From Anthoceros angustus (lineage: Eukaryota; Plantae; Anthocerotophyta), in contig VJWM01000240.1 in NCBI GenBank assembly GCA_010909165.1, forward strand, positions 124,001 to 188,000: a DNA stretch of 64,000 nt, given 5' to 3'. The stretch's first letter is position 1; every line of letters begins with the position of its first letter. The notes below the pieces were generated by a model, which was not told the origin of the DNA, did no database searches, and worked only from the letters and a program-made list of their open reading frames with translations. The position numbers and the translations under genes were made by a program. Shown here piece by piece: positions 43,690 to 56,419 of the stretch.

Positions 43690-44200
43690 TGGGAAGTGCT
43701 TGGTGCATCCTTAATCAGTTTGAATTCTCACACTGCAGTGTTGGTAGGCAATCTATGAACCGCCTTGATGAGACAATCTTGGACTCCGACGTTCTTCATT
43801 GCTTGCCATAGTACTCAATAGATCAGGGTACCTTGTCAAAGGCTTTGGTGAGGTCAATAAAGCAACATAATAGTCTTCGTTTGTTACCCTTTTTTTTCCT
43901 GATTAGGGAGTGGAGTTCAATTAGGTGGGCTTGCCCGCTATATATCCTTCTTTGGAAGCTTGCCTGGCATGTTTTGTGTCTCAGTACATCGTCTCCAATA
44001 ATCTGTAGCTCACATACCTTGCTCTATAGCTTATGGAAGATGAAGTGTACCATGATTGTACGATAATTGTTCATCATCATGTTATCACATGACTTGTAGC
44101 TGGTATATGAGATACTCTTTCCCCAGTCTGGTGGTAGTTCCCCTGTCTTGTATACCCCCTCAAAGTAGCTTAGTGATATGTTGCTAAAGGTAAGTTGGTG
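43690..44200 (-). mobile_element. non-LTR retrotransposon (LINE, RTE-like) reverse-transcriptase remnant
   Basis: Minus strand reads NNYRTIMV..HKL, ASFQR and LLCCFIDLTKAFDKVP, with stops. Confidence 0.8.
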
Positions 44201-44484
44201 TCTATAGTTGGTTTTAGGATGTCTGCCTTATGAATTGCCCTGCCACAACAAGATAAGAGCGTTTCAAAGGTTTGTCACTAATGTGAGCACCTAAGCATGC
44301 TTGCACCGAATGTCCAATTGTGCATTGAGGAGGACCTTGGTCACATTGCCGCCATTGAAGTTGCTTGGCGCTGCCGCCCTGTTCAATATTCAAGTGTGTA
44401 CCTTGACCTCTACTAGTGGATTTTACGATGCATTTATTTGCCTCTAACAGAAACTTTGAAATATCGACGAAGACCCACTCGTTT

Positions 44485-45201
44485 CTATTGTCTTTTACAA
44501 TTGTTTTTAATATACTTCGCATTCTTTAAAAGTTTTGAATATAGAATTTTTTTACGAAGATTTCTTCTAACCATTGGTTTACATAAGGTCTTCAAATATA
44601 AAGATGTTTTAGAAATTATTTTTCTTTTCTTTGTTTTGTCATGGATTTCAAATGCGTTGCCCTTGGTTGAAGTGGAGTCCAACTTTGACACTCTTTTAAG
44701 TTGGATGAGAGGTTCATAATGTTCTCTCTTTGCATCAAATAGAATACTTAAAGGTCTTGACGTAGAAGAGGCAGACGTATCATATTTACACATCAACGTC
44801 TTGCTTTGCATCGACCATACGAATATCCTTCTCCTCAAGGCTACACTTAACCATTGGATGGCAGTTGCATCACCCCATAAACCGTTTAACTTTGCTGGCA
44901 ATTTCATATTATATATATACTGTTTGATATTTCTGATATTTGGTCCATGGATGGCAACCAAGACCTCACCTGAATATATTTCCACAGTTGCCATTGCGTT
45001 GGGATCTTTTTCTTCTATGCTTCTTTCCAATTGCGACATTGCTTTGATTCGCAGTTCCGCAGATGTTATTGTTCCATTCAATAAATATGCAATGGAGTCG
45101 AATAAACAGTCGCCTACAATGTATTGGAAATCTTTACTTGTTTCAAGTCCATTATGTCGTAAAACGGTGTATATATCCGGTAATTGTGTGCTCGTTTCCA
45201 T
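44485..45201 (-). CDS. OTU-like cysteine protease ORF
   Basis: GDCLFDSIA (catalytic Cys), WGDATAI, EHYEPL (catalytic His); AT-rich, intronless, Lys-rich tail. Confidence 0.7.
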   Translation of the reverse strand: METSTQLPDIYTVLRHNGLETSKDFQYIVGDCLFDSIAYLLNGTITSAELRIKAMSQLERSIEEKDPNAMATVEIYSGEVLVAIHGPNIRNIKQYIYNMKLPAKLNGLWGDATAIQWLSVALRRRIFVWSMQSKTLMCKYDTSASSTSRPLSILFDAKREHYEPLIQLKRVSKLDSTSTKGNAFEIHDKTKKRKIISKTSLYLKTLCKPMVRRNLRKKILYSKLLKNAKYIKNNCKRQ

Positions 45202-46029
45202 TTGTTACGAGTCCTCAAAAATCTATTGTTTCTTGAAGAAAACTTTATGTAGCTACACGGACATATATACAAAATAAGTTATTTCTTGAAGAAATGTTGA
45301 ATCCTAGGCATCACAAGTTTTTCCAATAAGAGTGCCTTATATGTGGAGGCCTACTTCACCTCTAAGTAATTGCCTTAAACATACTAGTTTGCTTAGAGTC
45401 TGAGCAAAGCCTCATTACCTCTAACCTCTTAAGTTATTTTGATAAACAATAATTCCTACTTGCATGCATGATTTCGTACTTATAGATAGAGGCTTATTTC
45501 ATCTATAAGTAACCACCTTAAACAAATTAGTTTGCTTGGAATTTAAGCAAAGCCAACAGAATGAAATATGTATGTAGCTAGAAAGACATATATAGCAGTA
45601 TGTTGTTCATGACCGAAACTTTGAAAAAAATATTATATATCTATACAATAAAATATATTATTAATATATTTTTTGAAGTTCCAAGGTCTAAAGTCTAAGG
45701 TTTTAGAAAAAGCCTTGCAATTAAGGTGGCAGGTTACTTACCTACCACGGTAGGTGACCCCCTACCGCTCACATTTGGCACCTACTCTCCTCACCACAAG
45801 GTGGTTTTGACCCGTTTCTTTTTCCCTAAGTATTCTCCTTGCCTTCCTAACAGCATCCTACAACTCCGGCTCCAAAAGAACCAAAAAACGTTCCGGCATG
45901 CTTCCTCTACACCATTTCTAACCAAAAGAAGTTGAACCTGTTGCAAAACAAACTCACTTGATCCAGTGGCCCAAACTTTTGCGTTTCTACAGTGTTGCTG
46001 TTTTCTTCCCAACTTGTACTCGGCTTTCC

Positions 46030-46930
46030 CTACTAGAAAAGGCAGCCTATGTTACAGTCCTTATTGCAATTTCATGTTACACTTCCAAATTGCAACATGC
46101 TTTTTAGGCTTGGTATTAAGATTGACACTATTTTCTCATCTTGTCACCATCTTAACATGGACATGGCTCTCTCTCATCACCTCACCCTCCTAAGTACAAC
46201 CTCCCTCTCGCTAGCATTGTTTATGATTTCAAACATATACAATGAAAACTTGCTTGTGTTATAGTCCTTTGTTGCAATTTCATGTAACACTTTCCATGGG
46301 GAACACTCAAAAAGTTAGGTGGCTTGGTGTTAAGTTTGTGATTCTCTCCTCCACCTTCTCTCACCATCTTAACAACATACAAGTGGTCTCCACCTTACAC
46401 CCGCCATTAAGAGCTTATCATCAAGTTTGTTGGTTTGGTGTTAAGTTTGTGATTTTCTCCACTTTCTCTTACCATCTTAACAACATGCTCTGGTCTCTCC
46501 TTTCACCTCACTCTAGTTAATGCTCGATGACACCCATTTCTTTATTGTTTCCCTCTTTGTGTTGCAATATGTTTGTGACAATGAGCTCCCTCTCCAGTAT
46601 TTTATTCTTCCCTCTTGCTTCTCATATATGGCATGTCATTCTCTCACCATCTTAACAACATGCAAGTGGTCTCACCTTCACCGCCATTAAGAGCTTATCA
46701 TGAAGTTTGTTGGTTTGGTGTTAAGTTTGTGACCTTCTTCTCCACTTTCTCTTACCATCTTAACAACATGCTCTGGTCTCTCCTTTCACATCACACTCTA
46801 GTTCTTGCTCGATGACACCCATTTCTTTATTGTTTCCCTCTGTGTTGCAATATGTTTGTGACAATGAGCTCCCCTCCCACCGTATTTTATTCTTCCTCTT
46901 GCTTCTCATATATGGCATGTCATTCTCTTT
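46030..46930. repeat. nested direct repeats including a ~283-bp tandem duplication
   Basis: 46357-46640 resembles 46640-46925; accatcttaaca recurs at least five times. Confidence 0.85.
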
Positions 46931-47599
46931 CCATCTTACCTCCTTTGCATAGCCATGCATTTATGGTTAATGTACCTTCCCTCTTCAATGCACCCTTGTG
47001 TCCACTCCTGGTTTTTGTTTTCAAGCCCCATGTACACAGCTGAAACCCTTGCTATAACCTAACCATGTATAGTAGGATTCTACATTATTTATATGTCTAT
47101 CTATATATACGATTGACAGGCCGACTTGTTATGTATAATCCTATATATGTGACTAAAATACGTATATATGTATGTATATAATGAATACATACCCTTTATG
47201 TATAGGTACAAATTCACAGATATCTACCCATGGCATAGTTATAAGTATACACCTCCAACATTAATTTGTACCTCATCATATTTACCACCAAATGCGACAC
47301 ATGCGCATTACGTTTCTTCAAACGCCCCTTTGTGCGTTTTCCCCAATCTACACTTCCCCAATCCAGACTTTCGCTTCTTTTACGAACATGTGCGGCTTGC
47401 AGCACATATGCCATTGTTTTCGAGTTTCATTCCACAGCTTGCTAAACTTATCGAATGCCACTGTAAACGCTACACAGAAATATGGAATGCCGCTCTCTGT
47501 GTGCGTGCTATGCATCTCCTTCCTCATTCGTGTGACCATCGCCCGTCCTCGACTAGCATGGCGTGCAAGTTCTTTGTCGCGACCACAAGCACTCCACCT

Positions 47600-50500
47600 C
47601 CACCAACCACAATACCTGCGATGGCGGTTGTGAATGCCCCTTGATGCTTGCGGTGCGTGTTCATTTGCCGTTTGCTCCAAGCTCGCACACGGAAGGTAGG
47701 CGGCATCAAAATCTACCGGCGTCACGGCTCAACTCAATCCGGGCTTATTGCGGACATGGACTTGCACATACCACCACGATGGCGGCAACTTCTGACTCTT
47801 GGCGTCATCGAGTCGACTCCTCCTGCATCTTCAATCCGTCGTCTTTTGCGACCCTTTTGGCCTAGCGCTCTGCCGTTTCTCCCGCTCATGTCGACCCTTT
47901 TGGCGGCATTCGAGCCACTAACCTCCACGCTCGGGCCTTGCACTCCGGCCCCATAGGCTGCATAACCACCGTGCACTATAACGTTGGGCAAAAGGACACA
48001 TTCAATTCATCCGCCGCCATTGCCACCAAACTCACACTTTTGAGAGATCTTGTGATTCTTCTTGTGGGTGGCAACGCACTCCACCTCCACCTTCCACACC
48101 ATCCCCGCCTCCGACATCACTTGAGTGTGATGCCCTCCTCGTTCCACCTTCCCTTCCCTTCCCCTCGGGACATGCTATGGTTCCTTCCATCTTTTCGTGC
48201 CCTTCACCGCACATTACCCTTCCTTCTCCTTCCGACCGCAGCCATGCACACCTTTCATTCACGCCTTCATGTCCTACATGCACTTTTTGACCACTTGCAA
48301 TTCCACCAAGGCCCCGATCTATCGCCTTACCACTCCGAGTTGCATGCTCTCAATCCATGTTTAGCCCATTTCAACTCTCTCTTTATTGCGCTCCTCCCCA
48401 CCGTTGAACATACCTTCTCTCGAACTCTTTTGCTCCCATGGGACCAAATGGATTGGTCCCATGCTCGCTTTGCAAGTCGAGTGAAGTTGCGGCTTGTTGT
48501 GGGGTTGGCCACCACCACGATGGCGGCGGCAACTTCTGACTCTTGGCGTCATCGAGTCGACTCCTCCTGCATCTTCAACTAGCCGTCGTTTGCGGACCCT
48601 TTTGGCCTAGCGCTCACCGTTTTCCCGCTCTTTCGTGTGGCATTCGAGCCACGACCTCCACGCTCGGGCCTTGCACTCCACGGCCCCATAGGCTGCATAA
48701 CCACCGTGCACTATGTTACGTTGGGCAAAAGGACGCATTTAATTCATCCGTCATTGCCACCAAACTCACACTTTTGAGGCAGATCTTGTGATTCTTCTTG
48801 TGGGTGGCACTCACACCTCCACCTTCCACACCATCCCCCCTCCGACATCACTTGAGTGTGATGCCCTCCTCGTTCCACCTTCCCTTCCCTTCCCCTCGGG
48901 ACATGCTATGGTTCCTTCCATCTTTTCGTGCCCTTCACCGCACATTCCTTCCTTCTCCTTGACTGTAGCCATGCACACGCGATTCACATTCACGCCTTCA
49001 TGTCCTACATGCGGTTTTGTCGACCACGCTAGCAATTCCACCAAGGCCCCGATCTATCGCCATACCACTCCAGTAGTTGCATGCTCTCCAATCCATGTTT
49101 GCAGCCCATTTCAACTCCTCTCTTGCTCCTCCCCACCGTTGAACATACCTTCTCTCGAACTCTTTTGCTCCCATGGGACCAAATGGATTGGTCCCATGCT
49201 CGTGCTTTGCAAGTCGAAGTTGCGGCGTGGGGTTGGCCACACACCACCGTGCTTGTGCAACGTCACCACCGCTTGCTCCACGGCCGTCTCCATGCCTTGC
49301 CGGCGTTCGGAGGTGGAGCCATTTCGCATCTTTCCCTTCTCCTCCAAATAAGCGCACTGTCGCACCTTCTTGCCAACGTTGTGGTTTCTTGTCCATGAAG
49401 CCCCGCAAACCTGGACCACGATATCCTCGCGATCTACACTAGGAAACTCACTCCACCTTCCTCACCAATCATCCCTCAAAGTCTCGTCGTGGCTCGACCA
49501 TGGGAGCATCAAGCGCATCTTCGCACACTAGCTCCAACACGCTGGAAGGCCTTCGGACCGTCCCTCCTCGTCGGTGGGCTCTTCCTCCTCATCTTCATTC
49601 TCCACCCACCCTCCATCACCACGGTACTGCGATGGCGGTTGTGGATGCCCCTTGATGCGCCGCCCGTGCGTGTTCATTTGCCGTTTGCTCCAAGCTGCAC
49701 ACACGGAAGGTAGGCGCATCAATATCTACCGGCGTCCACTCAACTCAATCCGAGCTTATTGCGGACATGGACTTGCACATACCACCACGATGGCGGCGGC
49801 AACTTCTGACTCTTGGCGTCATCGAGTCGACTCCTCCCGCATCTTCAACTAGCCGTCGTTTGCGGACCCTTTTGGCCTAGCGCTCACCGTTTTCCCGCTC
49901 TTTCGTGTGGCATTCGAGCCACGACCTCCACGCTCGGGCCTTGCACTCCACGGCCCCATAGGCTGCATAACCACCGTGCACTATGTTACGTTGGGCAAAA
50001 GGACGCATTTAATTCATCCGTCATTGCCACCAAACTCACACTTTTGAGGCAGATCTTGTGATTCTTCTTGTGGGTGGCACTCACACCTCCACCTTCCACA
50101 CCATCCCCACGCCTCCGACATCACTTGAGTGTGATGCCCTCCTCGTTCCACCTTCCCTTCCCTTCCCCTCGGGACATGCTATGGTTCCTTCCATCTTTTC
50201 GTGCCCTTCACCGCACATTACCCTTCCTTCTCCTTCCGACCGCAGCCATGCACACCTTTCATTCACGCCTTCATGTCCTACATGCACTTTTTGACCACTT
50301 GCAATTCCACCAAGGCCCCGATCTATCGCCTTACCACTCCGAGTTGCATGCTCTCAATCCATGTTTAGCCCATTTCAACTCTCTCTTTATTGCGCTCCTC
50401 CCCACCGTTGAACATACCTTCTCTCGAACTCTTTTGCTCCCATGGGACCAAATGGATTGGTCCCATGCTCGCTTTGCAAGTCGAGTGAAGTTGCGGCTTG

Positions 50501-50895
50501 TTGTGGGGTTGGCCACACACCACCGTGCTTGTGCAACGTCACCACGCTTGCTCCACGGCCGTCTCCATGCCTTGCCGGCGTTCGGAGGTGGAGCCATTTC
50601 GCATCTTTCCCTTCTCCTCCAAATAAGCGCACTGTCGCACCTTCTTGCCAACGTTGTGGTTTCTTGTCCATGAAGCCCCGCAAACCTGGACCACGATATC
50701 CTCGCGATCTACACTAGGAAACTCACTCCACCTTCCTCACCAATCATCCCTCAAAGTCTCGTCGTGGCTCGACCATGGGAGCATCAAGCGCATCTTCGCA
50801 CACTAGCTCCAACACGCTGGAAGGCCTTCGGACCGTCCCTCCTCGTCGGTGGGCTCTTCCTCCTCATCTTCATTCTCCACCCACCCTCCATCACA
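47600..50895. repeat. near-identical ~0.9-1.3 kb tandem copies
   Basis: ggcggcaacttctgactcttggcgtcatcgagtcgactcc at ~47781, ~48526 and ~49796; copies differ largely by small indels. Confidence 0.9.
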
Positions 50896-51867
50896 CAGCC
50901 GGCTCACAGCCATGTAAACCCCCCCACGACCATGCAGCCTGCACAACACGGCAATAATGTCGTCAAGTGGCTTACCGGCCAACTTTTCTGTCAGCTCCCC
51001 TATCTCTCCTGCTGTCAATGTTGTCGGTAGGTCCTCCTCCACCTCTTCTTCAGCCATTTCCACTCCCACTGCCTCCCTCCCGCTTTCACCATCCTCGGTG
51101 CCCGTGGTGTCCTCGTCCAGACGGTGCCTCTCTGACTCAGGAGCAGGCGTTTCGTGGCCTCCCTCCTCTTCCTCAGCCTCCCCTGTAGCAATGTCAGCTC
51201 CAAAGGCAGCACTTTGCTGCCCTTCAGACTGACCCTCCTGCACACTCCTACGGAGGTCCCCATCGCCATCAAACAAAAGCTCTTCCAGGAGAGCCCGATT
51301 CTCCATCCCGCCATCCAGAAGCTGCGCGTCCTCGGGAACACCACCATCATGCTCCACAAGCCCACCGCGGTCCTCATTCACTGCACCTCGTCCAATTTCG
51401 TTCTGTCCTCCGGTGTGGAGGGCCCTTTCATACTCCGCGTCTGCGACCGGCAGGTCGTCCCCTGCACCCACAAGCTCCACCGTTAGCTCCCCACATATTG
51501 GAGGATGGAATGACGAGGATTTGTTGCCGCTCCTCCTCCTCATCGGCAACACCTTCCACGGCTGTTCCGTGCTCCTCCCCTCCCCCACGAGGCACATCCA
51601 TGCCTCCATCCGGCTCCACGGAAGGACCCTCCCCGGCATCCACTCCCGCCTCGACTGCAGAGGCAACAGATACGCCCACATCGCCTGCCGCGCGCCCTCT
51701 GGTTTTGGCCCCCGTATCGTCGCCGTTGAGCAATTCCACACTAGCATGCCAAAGCGGCAGCTCGCCATCCTCCTCGCCCTTTCGCTGACCTCGCTAGCGT
51801 GCCCATCGACAGTGGCGCAAACAGATGACGCCGGCCCTCCCTCCTCTGTTTCTTGCGCGTCAATCAC
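50803..51867 (-). CDS. unknown acidic ORF, probably a transposon accessory gene remnant
   Basis: 354-aa GC-rich ORF, Trp-rich middle and Glu-rich tail, divergent from the CACTA transposase. Confidence 0.3.
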   Translation of the reverse strand: MIDAQETEEGGPASSVCATVDGHASEVSERARRMASCRFGMLVWNCSTATIRGPKPEGARQAMWAYLLPLQSRREWMPGRVLPWSRMEAWMCLVGEGRSTEQPWKVLPMRRRSGNKSSSFHPPICGELTVELVGAGDDLPVADAEYERALHTGGQNEIGRGAVNEDRGGLVEHDGGVPEDAQLLDGGMENRALLEELLFDGDGDLRRSVQEGQSEGQQSAAFGADIATGEAEEEEGGHETPAPESERHRLDEDTTGTEDGESGREAVGVEMAEEEVEEDLPTTLTAGEIGELTEKLAGKPLDDIIAVLCRLHGRGGVYMAVSRLCDGGWVENEDEEEEPTDEEGRSEGLPACWS

Positions 51868-52159
51868 TTTCTGGACACCGACATCCAGTCACGGGCAATG
51901 GGAGGGTTGAAAATCGAACGCCTCGGCCAAATCTTGATCGTCCCAAACCATAGTAACCACGCCAAGCTGCGCGCTGGATAGCCCTAACGCGACAAGACAA
52001 AGCGCAAGCTGCAGTGGCGATGCGATAAGCGGGTAACCTACGGTGACGGATGGGGAGGAGAGGAGGAGGGTGGCGGGCGTAAGTGAAATGGCATGCCACG
52101 TGCGCTTGCCATGCCATGCACGGTTTCGCCGCCGTCGTTACTCCCGATTGCCTATTTGT

Positions 52160-53290
52160 TCAAATATGGCATGCTTGGCATATATAGCGCTTTTCACACG
52201 TGTTCGTGACCCAAGGACGATTTGTTGGTTTCAATTGACGACCATGGGCCAAGATGCTATGTGCTCTGATACATCGCCCCAAACAACAATCCATAACCCA
52301 AGGACAATTTGAATGGTAGAAAACAATCTGATTTACCTTCTACATATGTTGTGCGAGACCTAAGGTTGAACACCTACCTCAGACATTGCATCGCCGTCCC
52401 TTGCGCGCGCCCTTTAGTTGTTTCTCCTTCTCTTCAAGTTCTAATATGGCATGTCACCATGTCCCACATATATAGGAGGCCGATTTCCCTAGTGTTTCGT
52501 GACCCAAGGACGATTTGCATGCAATTGAATGACCATGGGTCATGCACGTTGTCTGTTCTTTCTCGACATGGCCGCCTTGACATGCCATGTCACAGGGCGA
52601 TTTACATGCATGCAATTGAATGACCATGGGTCATGCACGTTGTCTGTTCTTTCTCATGGCCCGCCTTGACATGCCATGTCACAAGGATGATGGTGCGCAT
52701 CCGCTGGTTTTTCTTCTATATCGGTTGTCGAGTCCTTCTTGTTGCCATGCCTCGGACATAGCCATGCCGTCCTTTGCGCCGCTTCCATTGGTACTCCTCC
52801 AATTCATGTCTGGTATGGCATGTCACCGTGATCCACATATATAGGGGCGGTTATGCCTAATGTTTGTGACCCAAGGACGGTTTTGTGAATGTAATTGGAT
52901 GACCATGGGCCAAGGATGTTTGATGCCTAGACATTTGACCACAAGCAACATGCCAAGACACAAGGACAAACTTGAATGCCATTAACCGTTGTTTTTAAGG
53001 CCCTCCCATATATGTTGTGGGTGTCCTCATGTTGCCACCTTCCGGTCATTGCCACAACGTCCTTACAGTAGCGGACATGGTTTCTCCTACTTATGTATTG
53101 TTCGGATGTTGCATGTTACCATGCTTCGCATTTATAGGCGGTTTTCACAAGTGTTTGAGGCTCAAGGGCGTTTTGGTAAGTGCGATGAAATTACCTTGGG
53201 CCAAGGATGTGGTCGCCATTCCAACATAGTACCATAAACAACATGCCATGACACAAGGACAATTGGAAGGTTTGGAACCGTGTTTTTCAC
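52160..53290. repeat. about four degenerate ~300-350-bp units
   Basis: gtgacccaaggacg.ttt and gaccatggg(c/t)ca recur at ~52207, ~52500, ~52866 and ~53160. Confidence 0.7.
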
Positions 53291-56200
53291 ACTATATATG
53301 TTCTGCGAGTCATGGTGTGTGTTGCCTCCGACCCTTGCCATGGCATCGCTTTCATGAACCACCGTGTTCATCGATGCGCTTCTAAGTTTGGCCATCACGT
53401 GTTTCTATGTGCATTCCTTCGTGTCCCCAATAACACGTGGTTGCATGAATGGCATGTCGGATGCATCGCATATGTGCTCGGACATTGTTTAATACATGCG
53501 CGTCCCAAGCGTTGTTTAATACTACTTGTCGTGGTGACGGGGAGGAGGGCGTGGGGAGGAGGAGGGGAGTGTCGTCGAGTGGGGATGATGTCCACTAGCA
53601 GTCTACCTGCCTCCATCTTTCCCTCATTTCCCGTTTCAGAAGGACATTCTGTGGCAGCTGAATGGCAATGAGCATGGTCCTTTCATCTACTATGAACCTT
53701 GGAAGGCCATAATCCGCTTTTAATAATGCATGACTCAAGGGCAATGGAAACAGGTATTTCCCCTACCTCGCAGAGACGGTTGAATCTGTTGCCTTAATCC
53801 AGGCAAGGATACAGCTAATGTCCCCAACTCGGCTGCAATTGCCAATAAGTGATGGTGAACGGTTGCGTATGGCGGTGTATGGCCGTGATGTAAGGAAGAC
53901 CGTGATAATCATTTCACCACCCCGAGATGCAAGAGATGCGTGAACCGTAGACATGTTGGCCCCTGCTGCCATCTGCGTGGCGGTCGGCGAACATAATGTC
54001 GGTCGAGCCGGGCTAGCCATCATCGCCAGTCAGCGGTGGAGGAAACAAGTCTCGCATTGAAATAATGAAATGATGACACCCGCGACAAGTCGGACGTTTT
54101 GGCGTTTATCCTTCGAGGCAGCGCTTTGGCATTGTAATCCCCGCTCTTCCGTGCCGCGCCACGCGGCCATCCTCATTGCAATTTGCAAGCTTGGTCGTCC
54201 ATGGAAATCGAGAGTCGGAAAGCCGCCATGCTGCGTTTCACTTCATTTGAGCAGTCGACAATAAAGATTCCCTTGACCTCCGATGCCGCCTCGGCACAAG
54301 TGGATGTCTCGGCGGACCTCTCATCCTTTTAAATGACCTTCGCTAGCCACACTCTTCATGGTAGGCACCGGTAGTCCTTCTCCGGATCACGGCGCAAATG
54401 TGGAATAGGCGGCCGGGACGCACCACTCCCTACCCTTGCCCTCTCCTCTTATCTTGTTTCCTCCGGAATTGCCATGGTGGCATGTAGCATGGACCCGTGA
54501 GCCACCTTGGGTGCAGTGGAAGGAGAACCCGGCGTTTGATGTTCTCTCCTCCCGGTGCACACCTCGATGGCCATCAAGGACCCCAGCGTCGCTGCGGGCG
54601 GTGAACTCGCCCTTCTCGGTGTGGGCGTGTCATGTGTCTATGCAATTGAGTGGACCAGCGGTGCTGCAATGGAAGTCTATGCATGGTCACGGATGCGACT
54701 TTCATCAATTCGTGGGATGGAGGGTTTGCACGGTCGCGATCAACCCTCGTTTCACAAGCCGGGTGACATGTATCCTCTTCACCTCGTATGTGTTTGGATT
54801 CTCTTTATTGGATGGTCAAGCATTCATTCCTCACCTCCCATATTGCTTGAGGCATTGCGGTGTGATTGGTGTATGGGACAACGGCTGCGGCGGCGATGGC
54901 CATCAAGGAAGAGGCTGCGGTTCCTGTTCGATGGCCATCGGCGATGACGGAGGTTGCTCTCCGGCGCCATCAAGGACACAGTAGGTATGGCGGCCCCGCT
55001 TTTGCCGTCTCTTGGGCACGACACTCCTCGTTGCGAGGCAATATACCTCCAGTGTCGCTCACCATTCTTTAAGGCGGCAATGCAAATGTGCTTACTCACT
55101 TTGTACCACATGTTCTTGTCATCACGTCGTGCAATAAAAGTCGATGACCTGTCATGTGCAGCGGAATGGATGGATACGGTTGGTGCCCATCAATACCGCG
55201 GAACAACATGACATGTCACCGCCACCGCGTCACTCGTGTTTGGCGTGTGTCAAATAGCGTGTGCCGATGGATGTAATGGATTCACAAACTTTGGGATTTG
55301 TTTTGCCAGTGTTCCTCCGGACAGCGCTGCGATCCTCACTCGACAATTATGCGCCTCAAGCGTGATGGAGCCAAGAGGGCATGAAGGCGGTGACTTTCGC
55401 AAGCCTCGAAAGTCAAAGCGAAAGGGAGGGAGGGGAAGGTGAAGGTATGCACCCGCATCCACGGACCTGCGATGCAAAAGGTAAGAGGAAGGCGGTGGAG
55501 GATTCACTTGGTGTTGCGGCGGCGGCGTCGGATCCGATTCAGCGCAGGCGGCGGCAATTTCCCAATGGGAAGAAGAGGCCAACCGCATTGCTACACTTTT
55601 GCATAGGCCACGCATCGAGGATTTGCTGCGAGTTTGAGTCGATTGTTTGGATAGAACACTGCGCGTGTGGGGCTTCACATGCGCGCCACTATGGTGAGCT
55701 ACACACCTCACAGAATGGGCTTGGGATGCGGCGGCGGCATGGAACACCTTGTGCGGCCACCGGGTGCACCGCCTTTCACCGCAATGGCGCCGCAACATGG
55801 GAGTTGTATAGAGACTTTGAGAGCATGAGCTCACACTATCCCTTTCTATGGACGGGTGCAAATCAAGGAGGTGGACTACACCAAGGATGGGCGCGTCGTC
55901 ACGACAATCTTAGATTGCCTTTCAATTCAAGCTTCGCCAATTGCCATTGTCAATCTTTGAAGAAGTTGGGGTTTGTTTAGCTCACAACACGCATTCACAA
56001 TTGCAAGCGCAGCGTCGGTCGTGCCCGGCCGTTGCCGCTAGTCTGCACATGTCCTCCCTTTCAATAGCCGCCGTCACCTATCCGATCGTTCTCGAGGAGT
56101 TTGTGTAGGCCACATCACACCAAGGTTGCCTCCCATCGCTCTCACCGCCGGGATGAACTTATCTGCCAGGCGCGCTGATGCCGTGACGCCGACTCATCGT

Positions 56201-56419
56201 CCAGGCTCTAATGTTGAAGGGGCCGATTTGGAGGTCTGGCGTCTGCGCGGTGATGCACACATACATGGCTTCACAAGTGCTCGTTGCGAATGGGTGATGA
56301 AATAACGGTGGGAGACTGCGGTGGCGGTGGCGTACGCTCTCCCCTGTGCTGTGTCGCCTGATTCCTACTTTCCGTCGCGACTCCGAGTGGGACAGCGTGC
56401 ACGATGCCACGATTTGCAA

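Noticed and set aside
45720-45785. TTAA followed by the hairpin acctaccacggtaggt as a transposon terminus
   Set aside because: No partner inverted terminus found in the window.
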